This document shows positions 49,501 to 57,388 of a stretch of DNA of 64,000 nt, piece by piece. Position 1 is the stretch's first letter. Each line of letters starts with the position of its first letter. Source of the stretch: Halarcobacter sp. GTDB taxonomy: Bacteria; Campylobacterota; Campylobacteria; Campylobacterales; Arcobacteraceae. The translations under genes were made by a program, and so were the position numbers. Below the pieces are notes generated by a model, which had not been told where the DNA came from, ran no database searches, and saw nothing but the letters and a program-made list of their open reading frames with translations. The stretch lies in contig CP182352.1 of NCBI GenBank assembly GCA_048571215.1, forward strand, positions 1,856,001 to 1,920,000. The letters run 5' to 3'.

Positions 49501-51629
49501 CCAAATTGAACAGGTGTTGTATCTGCTGGTGCTGCTGTAAATGAAATAAAACTTGTTTCATAATCACCAACTGTTAATTTAGTTTCTGTTTTTTCTAAAC
49601 TATCTGCTGAAGAAGTATGTTTTACAATAACTGTATCACCTACACTTACTGTTCCTTTATCTGATGTCCATGTTGAACCATTATCTAAACTATACTCACC
49701 ATTTTCTATAGAAATAGCAGTATCAGCATCAATTCCTGAGATAGTGATACTATTTGAAGTGATTTCACTATCAGTTGATGTATCTTTTTTAATATCGAAC
49801 ATAAATTCATCTGGAGTTGTATCATCCACACCATCTGCAACTTTTGTAACTGATACAAAATCTGTTTCATATCTACCAATCATAAGAGTTGATGTAGTTT
49901 TTGTATTATTCTCTTTTGATGCGATATGTCGAACCATCACTTTATCACCACTTGAAAGTGTACCATCTTGATCTGTCCATGTCGTACCACTATCAAGAGA
50001 ATATTCACCATCTTCTATTTTAATATTTACACTTCCTGTAATACCTGAAATAGTTTTTTCAGTTGAAACTATATATTCATCATTTGTATCTGTACTTAAT
50101 AAAGTATCATATTGAGTTGCAAAAGTAAATGCATCAGGTAACAAATCTTGTCCCATTGTAACCGATACAAAAGGTACTTTAACTTCACTGTCGCCTGAAC
50201 CAAAAGTTAATACAGATTTTGTAACTGTTTTATAAGAAGATGCTGTAGTATGTCTAACATAAATTGTATAACCATTATATATAGTACCACTACTAATCCA
50301 AGTCTGTCCTCCATCTAAACTAAACTTACCTATATCAATAGAAACAGGGGTTGCAGCATTAATACCAGAAACTGTAGTAGAAGTACTAACTTGACTATTT
50401 AAAGGTTCCCCATTATCACTATTACCATTTTTAACAGCAAATGCAATTGGAGTAATTTTTGTATCTGCTACAAATGGATCTGATTGAGTTTCAACTTTAA
50501 AATCAACTGGTACACCACCAATAGTTACAATAGCTTTTACTTTTGTATCATAAGTACTTGAAGATGTCATTTTAACTTTAAGTAAATCACCATTATTTAT
50601 AGTTGCATCAGTAGTTGTACTATCTATCCAAGTTGTTCCACCATCTTTTGAAAAGCTTGCATTTGAACTAATACTAACCTTTGCAGTCCCTCCATAAATT
50701 CCATTTACTATAATCTCGTTAGAGGTATATTCAGTAGATAAAAAGGCTTCATTTATATCATCAAACTCTAAACTTGAATCAAAAGATAATTTACCAGTTA
50801 AAGAGCTATCATCTCTAGCAACTTTATTTTCAACTTCAACATTTGACTCAATATTGGTTGCTATTGTAGATAAATCTACATTTTTCTCTTGTTGTTTAAT
50901 TTCATCTATAGCAACAATTGCTTCACTATCAATCTCATCATCTGTTTCTAAATCATCTGCAATTTGATCTAAAACTTTTTCAGGGTTAGATGTTTTAAGT
51001 AAAGATGCAGATAACTTTAAAAGTTGTGTATTTGCAGCTTTATTTGTAGCATCATCACCATTTGTTAAATCCAAATCTTCTAAATTTGCACCATTTAAGT
51101 CAATATTAAAAGCTTTAGCAACTTTTGCTTTAGCTTCCTCTTTTACAGTTGATAAGGCTACAGTTTGACTATTTTTAGCTGCTTCGCTTAAAGAAGCTAA
51201 AATACTTTTTGCTGCAACATGTGTCAAAATATTAACATTTACATTTGAGTCAACAGAATTTGTCATATCCACAACAGCAGTTAATAAACCTCCAGGGATA
51301 AATTGACCTGTATTTTCATCAAGATAAGAACCTTTTACAGTAAGAAGAGTTACCCCTGTCCAAGGAACAGACATAGAAAATTTACCTTTTTTATTGATTG
51401 TTGAAGTAGCAAAATCTGTACCATCTGTACTACCATAACTTGCAACTCCCGCATTATCAAATGTGATTTTTTGTGCAGTTACAATTGACCCCTCTTTAAA
51501 AGGTCCCTTTGCAGGAAGACCACCTGCACCACCTACACTAGAGGAACTTCCTCCTCCACCACAACCAACTAGCATACCTGCTAGAACTATTGAACTGGCC
51601 ATTGTTTTAAATGTTTTTTTGCTAATCAC
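43515..51629 (-). CDS. Giant (2704-aa) surface lipoprotein with Ig-like/cadherin-like repeats (adhesin/scaffold-like)
   Basis: GTG start after AAGGAG; lipobox LVGC; about 100-aa GEYSLD.G.TW repeats; P.WA.F...TG.LSGTP Ig repeats; NDAPV...EDT...FTP..NYNG cadherin-like repeats. Confidence 0.92.
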   Translation of the reverse strand: MISKKTFKTMASSIVLAGMLVGCGGGGSSSSVGGAGGLPAKGPFKEGSIVTAQKITFDNAGVASYGSTDGTDFATSTINKKGKFSMSVPWTGVTLLTVKGSYLDENTGQFIPGGLLTAVVDMTNSVDSNVNVNILTHVAAKSILASLSEAAKNSQTVALSTVKEEAKAKVAKAFNIDLNGANLEDLDLTNGDDATNKAANTQLLKLSASLLKTSNPEKVLDQIADDLETDDEIDSEAIVAIDEIKQQEKNVDLSTIATNIESNVEVENKVARDDSSLTGKLSFDSSLEFDDINEAFLSTEYTSNEIIVNGIYGGTAKVSISSNASFSKDGGTTWIDSTTTDATINNGDLLKVKMTSSSTYDTKVKAIVTIGGVPVDFKVETQSDPFVADTKITPIAFAVKNGNSDNGEPLNSQVSTSTTVSGINAATPVSIDIGKFSLDGGQTWISSGTIYNGYTIYVRHTTASSYKTVTKSVLTFGSGDSEVKVPFVSVTMGQDLLPDAFTFATQYDTLLSTDTNDEYIVSTEKTISGITGSVNIKIEDGEYSLDSGTTWTDQDGTLSSGDKVMVRHIASKENNTKTTSTLMIGRYETDFVSVTKVADGVDDTTPDEFMFDIKKDTSTDSEITSNSITISGIDADTAISIENGEYSLDNGSTWTSDKGTVSVGDTVIVKHTSSADSLEKTETKLTVGDYETSFISFTAAPADTTPVQFGFAFKNDVALNTLIESAEKTIKGINTATSISVSGGEYSLDKGVTWTSANSTVTDGDTIRVRHTSSSNNNEKTETTLTVGGFSTKFVSQTVMAAPTLGTNTPATTVTTGSEYKFEPQAQNATSWTISRKPDWAIFNTVTGVLSGTPTKVSQQTTYSDIRITAKNSGGQVFIPPFDITVGNYTPVLTPETIEKTITQGTVFNYSVSVEDKGDGETKTFTLENAPAFVSIDSSTGTISGTAPTVTGEVLHTFTIKVTDGSNATDTTTVNLTVKEFSDIPAVPVISGTPTTTIAQDGNYSFVPTAYDDNSANLTFSIENKPSWATFNTTTGELSGTPSNDDVGTYSNIIISVTEAGDKVSLSPFSIEVTDVNDLPTISGTPATTIAEDTEYSFTPTANDVDAADTLTFAITNKPSWATFDTATGKLSGTPTNDDVGTTNAISITVTDGKSTPVALSSFNLEVTNVNDAPVVKTQLTNKTLDENSTIQVDVTPGFEDIDANDVLTYDVTYSNGTLLPQWMSFNPTTGLLDVTPNGDDSLIGDHIMKVTATDESNEKVSQTFTITVTNVNDTPVAVGVANGGTTPEDTELTIAISSLVANDIDADSDSLTILNSDLSNPQGGTVAVVGTNIVFTPTENYNGPASFDYKVFDGTASSANSVTVGLTISSVNDAPVPSNDNAGSTDEDTPITISKASLLANDNDVEQDTLDIVSVSNPQGGTVAISGSDIIFTPIANYNGAASFEYTVNDGTDDSATTATVGLTVNAIDDAPVANNDSFSTAINKPLTITSAQLLGNDTDADTGAQLSVKTLGTPTTGGTFTDSDISDGSIVFTPDANFSGVVTFTYTIEDETNLTSNTATATITVTDNTKPVAVDDSVTGTNEDTKLTIAIADLVQNDTDGDNDSLTISSVSNPINGTVTIVGTNIEFTPDADYNGAASFQYTVNDGIDDSTNQATVAFTIDAVNDAPTFTSGDSKTVYVGQSVSGSVTASDVDNDDATLTYSLGTDASYGSAVVNSDGSYTYTSSSNTSSDSFTIVASDGTASSTPVTVDVTVKEAHVAVDPYIIGAQFCADLNKNDTCDTNEPVSTVTDENGYFTFSQIQPDGTPIIMLGTVKGSHVGVPFEGLLKSSVDNPITSPLTTMNLNGFTKTQIIDILTVAGISGISESDLDVDPMSLFSGSTVQASDYPIMHAIIAVNTFLSMTDYGLTPNVALDGSGDLVSPYSDALNASVKLAQTAINSNFIDSGAQPKIVVYIGVAISNYLVDKVVSMETQSSGSGYSYLFNFTQQAETDYANSDFKALVDLLVANYTADPTKYYALSEDGTSAVDTQSMGAISFTEYGYDFVERKDSSKYTVTGNDVTYDDTTHIVTLTSQKDDATDSISEIKTSFDNKKSTVQATVSLENAAANAQRVELVAYMDDSKHSLTGLFTKISIKKSSIIYLIDLDTYDTNGNKTTQELTNTTLISTGSYVGKDLNPSISVDSSTGVITFTVKEGTTTIATDTFTIPNSENYNLGFTSAGIRSRVNTTTTTPDPRDETTVVKVKGFSAVDLTYPTASISAGDTVIFSDDSTWYDVTTFTSSEMTMNMYDKNNGVFEFQKSETNPITLAPDGKSFSFAGVMNCVSSDTQKVNVYKETVYSDLYRTNNTCTIADGQTETEQNTWNWNWDYNNDLSHDISGLVQRLTDGYTYFQEPEVFMLKPTGEVVLGTFNGYDNNNNPMYTPSTTVVGGWTSDSDSIDVDLSANYKILHSFSLDGNNNIVQSQEKQAGFTETDYIWSGTNAMDFFEDMTGLNVSAVVSNKVVLIDLGGGDYMSSIFYLNGRYVEVGYMGGVLESTCYGRWKEFDTNIFSVTCGNDETEPTNSDAKISTDDEERIVANGGNSFTYYFQNDTANGVDNATITASSVEEITSIDALTNPVTITIGNYTIKAYSSTEVVQGSGIGVFVSFKVNGTQEVFGLDPAHASNGYLMLKVFDSNGNLVTSTGYKAIPADGETLDFDEILSK

Positions 51630-51656
51630 AACAACTCCTTAAAAAATTTATTTACT

Positions 51657-51692
51657 ATTATAACTAAAGATTGTCTCAATTTTGTCTCAATT
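51657..51692 (-). promoter_or_regulatory. Promoter of giant-gene cluster: TATAAT plus perfect 11-bp tandem repeat
   Basis: -10 at 51657-51662; TTGTCTCAATT x2 at 51671-51692. Confidence 0.68.
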
Positions 51693-51781
51693 TTACAAAA
51701 ATTAAAATTTGTTGTAATTATGTAATTTTTTTGTAACTTATTAGTTATTTATTTATACACAGTTATAAAATCTAATAGATA

Positions 51782-51966
51782 TCAATTACATTTTCTAGCA
51801 GTTTTTTTGCTTGTTTTAGTGCTTCATTTGCTTATAGTAAAAGGTGTTTCTCTTGGGATAATAAAGTTGCTAAAAGAGTACTAACTCCAATACTTATGGT
51901 TAAAATATTTTAAGCAATAGAGTTTTCATGGGGAATATTTAATTATCTAATAGATTTAAGAAATTT
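51782..51966 (-). pseudogene. Relic of a GGDEF diguanylate cyclase C-terminus
   Basis: KFLKSIR*LNIPHENSIA*NILTISIGVSTLLATLLSQEKHLLL*ANEALKQAKK; parallels the C-terminus of the intact DGC at 58654. Confidence 0.75.
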
Positions 51967-51992
51967 TTATACATTTTATTTACAATTAAATT

Positions 51993-53276
51993 CTAATTTC
52001 CAATTGCTAAAGCATATAAAACTTGGGTATTGTCTCCTACAAATTCACAAACTTCATCATCATAATAAGCTCCTATTCCACTACATCCATACCCTAAATA
52101 GTTTGAAGATATATATAGTCTATGTCCTATAATTCCAGCTTTTTGATAAAGTTCTTGGTAGTTTTTGCCCTTTGAGGTTAGAAAAAAGGTCACAGCTGAG
52201 GATGTACCTAAATCTTGTTCTAAACATAAATAGCCAGCTTTTGAAGATAAATCACCTTTTTTTAGAAGTTCTTCATTTTTGTATAGTCCTGGTTTTAACT
52301 CTTTTACTCTATTTACCACATAATATATATCAATCATTTCATCACAATCACTTGTAATTGCTTGATTTAAAACATCTAAAATAGTTTCAAACTCTTTTTT
52401 TGAAATAGCTTGTTTAGTAAACTCTCTTATAGATCTTCTTTTTAAAATAATCTCTTTTAGAAACTCTTTTTGATAATTAAAATTAGGTTTTTTATCCTCT
52501 TCTTTACAATTTTTTAAACTTAATGAGCTTTCATAAGCTTCTTGGATAAGTTCATTTGTTTCAAAATAATAAGAGCCATCTACAGTTGGCAAATCTAATT
52601 TAACCATTTGTACTTGTTTATTATTACTTTTAGCTAATCTAACTGCAACAGTAAAAAACTCTTTCTCATCAAAGTTAAATAAAATGTTTGAAGCTTTTTT
52701 ATCAAAATTATAAACTATTTCATACTCTTTATCATGTACATAAGTTGACATTTCAATTGTGCCTAAAATATGTCCAGCATCAAGTAAACAGTACCTAAAA
52801 GCTCTATTTTTATATTTCCAAGAACTTCTATAATATACAGAAGATATTAAAAATAAAAATCCATCTTGCTGTGTTTCATACCCTAATAAGGGTTCAATAC
52901 CATCATCTTTTATTTTTTGAAGTAGTGTTATAGAAGAGTTTGCAATATCAAAGTGATATATACCATCCTCTAGATTTTCATTGTTTCTACTTTGAAAATA
53001 TATTTCATTTGGATAAAGTGCCCCTGCACTTGGATTTACCCTTAGATAATACTCAACACCTGGATAAGATTTTTTTGCAGTGATTCCAGCTATATAGTAT
53101 ATAAAACTGTGGTTTTCTAAATTTACATCCAAATTTTTCTTTTCAAAACTATCTGGATAAGTTTTGAAAACTTTTGGTTGATTATCCCAATTAAGCCTAT
53201 TAGGAAAACTTCTTACAGAAAAATAAGAGTGTTTAGTTTCCATATGATATTGGTTAAACTCTTCAAAACTAGACAC
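51993..53276 (-). CDS. SagB/ThcOx-like nitroreductase-family protein (two FMN domains)
   Basis: RVNPSAGALYP, WKY..RAFRYCLLDAGH, RRSIREF, GCSGIGAYYDDEV. Confidence 0.88.
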   Translation of the reverse strand: MSSFEEFNQYHMETKHSYFSVRSFPNRLNWDNQPKVFKTYPDSFEKKNLDVNLENHSFIYYIAGITAKKSYPGVEYYLRVNPSAGALYPNEIYFQSRNNENLEDGIYHFDIANSSITLLQKIKDDGIEPLLGYETQQDGFLFLISSVYYRSSWKYKNRAFRYCLLDAGHILGTIEMSTYVHDKEYEIVYNFDKKASNILFNFDEKEFFTVAVRLAKSNNKQVQMVKLDLPTVDGSYYFETNELIQEAYESSLSLKNCKEEDKKPNFNYQKEFLKEIILKRRSIREFTKQAISKKEFETILDVLNQAITSDCDEMIDIYYVVNRVKELKPGLYKNEELLKKGDLSSKAGYLCLEQDLGTSSAVTFFLTSKGKNYQELYQKAGIIGHRLYISSNYLGYGCSGIGAYYDDEVCEFVGDNTQVLYALAIGN

Positions 53277-53289
53277 TCTTAGACCCTTT

Positions 53290-53499
53290 TTATTTTTTTG
53301 TTGTAGTTATTCCTGGTGCTTCTTGTGTTCCAACATAATCATTATAATCGTTTGTTGATCTAACATATGCAAAAATTGCTCCCACAACTAAACAAAAAAC
53401 AACAACAAGTTTTACAGTATTTCTTTTACTTTTTGATTCCTTGTCATTAAAATCATCAATTTTTTCTAAACTTGGCTCATCATTCATATTACTTTTCAT
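53290..53499 (-). CDS. Small single-TM hypothetical protein
   Basis: AGGAG SD; EPSLEKIDDFN...KRNTV followed by a TM segment. Confidence 0.75.
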   Translation of the reverse strand: MKSNMNDEPSLEKIDDFNDKESKSKRNTVKLVVVFCLVVGAIFAYVRSTNDYNDYVGTQEAPGITTTKK

Positions 53500-53561
53500 T
53501 ATAAACTCCTAATTTATCTTTAAGATTTTCAACTATAACAAAACACAACTTAAAATAATAG

Positions 53562-53640
53562 TCATAAGTTTAACTTATGATATTTTTTAAAAATAAATTA
53601 ATATAAATTATAAACTAATATAAGTTTAACTTATATTAGT
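53562..53640. terminator. Two palindromes sharing the core ATAAGTT-T-AACTTAT (terminators or operators)
   Basis: 53562-53580 (9-bp arms) and 53614-53640 (13-bp perfect arms overlapping the gdh stop). Confidence 0.6.
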
Positions 53641-56600
53641 GAAACCATCATTTGATTTACTGTAACAGCTATCTCTTTTATATCTTTATTCTCTTTTGTC
53701 ATAAAGGTATCAAGATTATCTCTTACTTTATAAAATGTATCTTTTTCATTATTAATATAGTTTGAAAATGCTACTTCTGGTTCCTCATTTAGTCTTTGAA
53801 AGTTCAATACTTTTTTGGTGTAATGAACAACTATAAACTCTATGAACTGTAAGACTTGATTTCTTAGTACAGTATCATTTTTTGTAACTATTTTTATTCT
53901 ATTTAAAGCTACAATAATATCTAAAATATTAAACTCATGTATCAATGAATAGAAGATAATAACTACATCTTTAAAAGAATGACTTGTATTTGTTTTTATA
54001 ACAATTGCAGGGATTGCAAACCTTAGATAATCTATAACTGAGAAGAACTCATTAAACTCATCATCTCCCTCAATTAGAACTTCTACTTTTTGTTTATGTA
54101 CTTGTGAAAGAAGTGAGAACAACTCATCTTGATGGTCTAGTATATGTGCTGAATCCAACTGATTTTTCTTTAAATATTTTACCATCCATCTTGTACTTGC
54201 ATATAAAGTATATTCAAGTCTATTGATTAGTTTATATTGTTTGTCAACATCCATAATATAATCTTGACAAGCTATTTTTCGTCTAATCTCTTTTGCCCCA
54301 AATAAACGTTTTGCAACTAGATATGATTTGATTTTTAAAATAAATCTTTCAGTTCCTAGCTTTTCATAATCAGCTACAAAAGTACACCCTTGAGAGTTAA
54401 TTATAACATCTGCCATTTTAGTTGCGATAATCTCTCTTTTTAAAGGATGATTTAAAATATCATGTTCATATGCCCCAACAAAAGATTTTGGGAAATATCT
54501 ATATAGATATTTTAGTGCAAATTGTTCATCTAATAAGCTAGAATCTAAAAGTATTTTTTTTAATAAAATTTTTGAATAAGATAAAAGTGAACATAATACT
54601 GGTCTTACTATAGAATCATTTATATCAATTATTTCATGAATATTCTCATTTTTTGGTATAAAAAATGAAGCTCTATTAAAGGCTTCTACATTGTTTTCAA
54701 GCACTTCAATTGTTCTCATAAAACTATTTAAATATTTTCTAGAAAATCTTTCATCAAGTGAGATTGCTAAAGATTGTTGATAGTTACTTTCTAATACTAA
54801 ATTTACAACTTGTTCAGTAAGAGATTTTAGTGTATTTTGTCTCTCTTCTAAATTTATCTCTTCATGACTACTAATAGAGTTTAATAAGATTTTTAAGTTT
54901 ACTTCATGGTCAGAAGTATCAACTCCACCTGCATTGTCTATACCGTCAATATTTATTTTACCACCATTTAAAGCGTACTCAATTCTTGCTTTTTGTGTAA
55001 AACCTAAGTTTCCACCCTCACTTACAATTTTTGCTTTTAAATCTTTTGCATCTACTCTTACTGATTCATTTTGTTTATCACCAATATCTAAGGAGTTTTC
55101 ATCACTAGCTTTTACATAAGTTCCCACTCCTCCATTAAACAATAAATCAACCTCCATAGTTAAAAGCATTGTACAAAGCTCTTCACCACTTACAATTTTT
55201 CTTTTTGTGTTTACAAGTTTTTTTATCTCTGGTGTTAATTCAATCTCTTTTTCACTTCTTAAAAATATACCACCACCTGCTGATATAATCTTTTTATTAT
55301 AATTTCCCCAACTACCATTTTTAGATTCAAATAATCTTTTTCTTTCCTTGAAACTTTTTTCTAAATCTGGATTTGGGTCTATAAAAATCTCTTTGTGCCC
55401 TATTGCTGCAAGTAGTTTGAACTTGTCTGATTCTATTAAACCATTACCAAACACATCACCACTCATAGAACCTATTCCCATAACAGATATACTATCTTTA
55501 TATATATCTATACCTTGTTCTATAAAAAATCTTTTTGTTGACATTAAAGAACCACGAGCTGTTATCCCTAAATCTTTATGTCCATAACCATTACTTCCAC
55601 CACTGGCAAAGGCATCACCTAACCAATAGTTTCTACTAATTGCAATCTCATTTGCAACATCACTCATAGCTGCTGTTCCCTTATCAGCTGCAACAACAAA
55701 ATATGGATCATCACCATCATAAGCAATAATATTCTTGTCTTTTACTATTTTACCATCAACCATATTGTCAACTAAATCTAGATTTGCATTTATATACATT
55801 GTATATATCTCTTTAAAATACTCTTTTGTAACTTGGGTATTATCTTTATTTATTACAAATCCACCTTTTGAACCATCTGGAATAATTATTGAGTTTTTAC
55901 CCTCTTGGGTTATCATAAGAGATTTTATCTCTTGTCTATAATCATCATGTCTATCACTCCATCTTAAACCACCCCTTGAAATGTTACTCATTCGTAGGTG
56001 TACTCCATAAAAATCTGGGTGATAAATAAAGTTTTCTAAATTTGGTTGAAGTCCTTTTAGGTTTACTCCAAATTTTTTTGTATCAATTTTAAATGAGATT
56101 GTTTCTTTTTCTAAATAATAATTAGTTCTTAACATAGAGTCTAAAAATGATAAAGTTAATTTCAAAATTCTATCATCCATTATTTGAGGTATTTGTTTAA
56201 TTTTATCCTCAATTTTTTCTGTCAATGCCTCTAGTTTTTCTTTTCTTTTTTGTTGTTTAGGATTGAACTTAATACAAAAGTATTCAACAAACATATTAGT
56301 CAAAGCATGATGAGCCACAAGTGTATTTAAAATTGCTGCACTATTGATTGTAAGAACAGCTTGGTCTAAGTACTCAACAAAAGCTCTTACTAACATCAAC
56401 TTTCTAAAATCAAAGTTTTGATTAAGTACAAGTGAAAAAACTTTTGAGTGTTCTATTGAAGAATCTTTAAGACATCTATTTATGATTTTTTCTAAATTAT
56501 TTTTTGAACTATCTAGTTTTTTTATCTCTGTTTCTTCTAAAACTCTTAAATTGAATCTTGATACATAAACAAGTTTTGAACCATTTCTTATATTATAAGT

Positions 56601-56831
56601 AACCTCATCAATAATCATAAGTCCAATATCATGTAATATTGGAGTAATAGATGAAAGATACAATTGATAAGTTGAATATATCTTTATACTTTTTGAATCA
56701 CCATTATTTTCTACAATATGAGTAACTATATTATTGTTAGAAATCTCTTCAAAAAGTTCTTTTGAAATTTCCAAGTCTTTTGGAGTCAAAAGTTGTGAAC
56801 AAATTGCATTCATATCATTTGATGTGCCCAT
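53631..56831 (-). CDS. NAD-specific glutamate dehydrogenase (large type, short N-terminus)
   Basis: GVHLR..ISRGGLRWSDR, DPYFVVAADKGTA, DAFASGGS.GY.HK..GITARG, DNAGGVDTSDHEVNLKI. Confidence 0.93.
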   Translation of the reverse strand: MGTSNDMNAICSQLLTPKDLEISKELFEEISNNNIVTHIVENNGDSKSIKIYSTYQLYLSSITPILHDIGLMIIDEVTYNIRNGSKLVYVSRFNLRVLEETEIKKLDSSKNNLEKIINRCLKDSSIEHSKVFSLVLNQNFDFRKLMLVRAFVEYLDQAVLTINSAAILNTLVAHHALTNMFVEYFCIKFNPKQQKRKEKLEALTEKIEDKIKQIPQIMDDRILKLTLSFLDSMLRTNYYLEKETISFKIDTKKFGVNLKGLQPNLENFIYHPDFYGVHLRMSNISRGGLRWSDRHDDYRQEIKSLMITQEGKNSIIIPDGSKGGFVINKDNTQVTKEYFKEIYTMYINANLDLVDNMVDGKIVKDKNIIAYDGDDPYFVVAADKGTAAMSDVANEIAISRNYWLGDAFASGGSNGYGHKDLGITARGSLMSTKRFFIEQGIDIYKDSISVMGIGSMSGDVFGNGLIESDKFKLLAAIGHKEIFIDPNPDLEKSFKERKRLFESKNGSWGNYNKKIISAGGGIFLRSEKEIELTPEIKKLVNTKRKIVSGEELCTMLLTMEVDLLFNGGVGTYVKASDENSLDIGDKQNESVRVDAKDLKAKIVSEGGNLGFTQKARIEYALNGGKINIDGIDNAGGVDTSDHEVNLKILLNSISSHEEINLEERQNTLKSLTEQVVNLVLESNYQQSLAISLDERFSRKYLNSFMRTIEVLENNVEAFNRASFFIPKNENIHEIIDINDSIVRPVLCSLLSYSKILLKKILLDSSLLDEQFALKYLYRYFPKSFVGAYEHDILNHPLKREIIATKMADVIINSQGCTFVADYEKLGTERFILKIKSYLVAKRLFGAKEIRRKIACQDYIMDVDKQYKLINRLEYTLYASTRWMVKYLKKNQLDSAHILDHQDELFSLLSQVHKQKVEVLIEGDDEFNEFFSVIDYLRFAIPAIVIKTNTSHSFKDVVIIFYSLIHEFNILDIIVALNRIKIVTKNDTVLRNQVLQFIEFIVVHYTKKVLNFQRLNEEPEVAFSNYINNEKDTFYKVRDNLDTFMTKENKDIKEIAVTVNQMMVSLI

Positions 56832-56920
56832 TGCATATCCTTTTTATAATAGTATTTACATAATACTACTCTTAAAAGTTTAAAGAATTGTTAAAATAAT
56901 ATACAAGAGGATAATTTATA

Positions 56921-57388
56921 TCAAATGCTAATCTTCTGCTCAGTGGCTACTAATATTTTTTTTAAAAGCTCAGGTTCAATCTCTATATCTAAGCCTCTTT
57001 TCCCACCGCTTACAAAGATTGTCTCATAATTAAATGCACTTTCATCAACAAGAGTTTTTAATCTTTTTTTCTGCCCCAAAGGTGAAATTCCACCAAGTAA
57101 GTATCCTGTGACTTTTTGAGCTTCATCTTTATTTGCCATTTGTGCTTTTTTTACTTTAAATGCATTTGCTACATCCTTAAGACTTAGTTGTTTAGATACA
57201 GGTACTACACAAACAATTAACTCTTTTGGTATTAATTCCACTAATAAAGTTTTAAATACCCTATTCTTATCAAGGTTTAGTTTAGTAACTGCTTCTTCTC
57301 CAAAGTCTGTACAAGCTGGATCATGGTCATATTTGTGTATTTTAAAATCACATTTGTTTTTTTTAAGTAATCTAATTGCTGGTGTCAT
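56921..57388 (-). CDS. ybaK: Cys-tRNA(Pro) deacylase
   Basis: MTPAI, VFKTLLV, TGYLLGGISPLGQKK, VSGGKRGLDIE. Confidence 0.94.
   Translation of the reverse strand: MTPAIRLLKKNKCDFKIHKYDHDPACTDFGEEAVTKLNLDKNRVFKTLLVELIPKELIVCVVPVSKQLSLKDVANAFKVKKAQMANKDEAQKVTGYLLGGISPLGQKKRLKTLVDESAFNYETIFVSGGKRGLDIEIEPELLKKILVATEQKISI

Noticed and set aside
44459..49971. Several 69-114-aa + strand ORFs inside the giant gene, and similar short antisense ORFs elsewhere (e.g. 57712-58176, 31315-31878)
   Set aside because: Antisense shadows with no motifs, explained by codon bias of the sense gene
51993..53499. SagB-like dehydrogenase plus small ORF as a RiPP (azole peptide) cluster
   Set aside because: No YcaO, protease or exporter nearby; the 69-aa protein has a TM segment and no Cys/Ser/Thr-rich core
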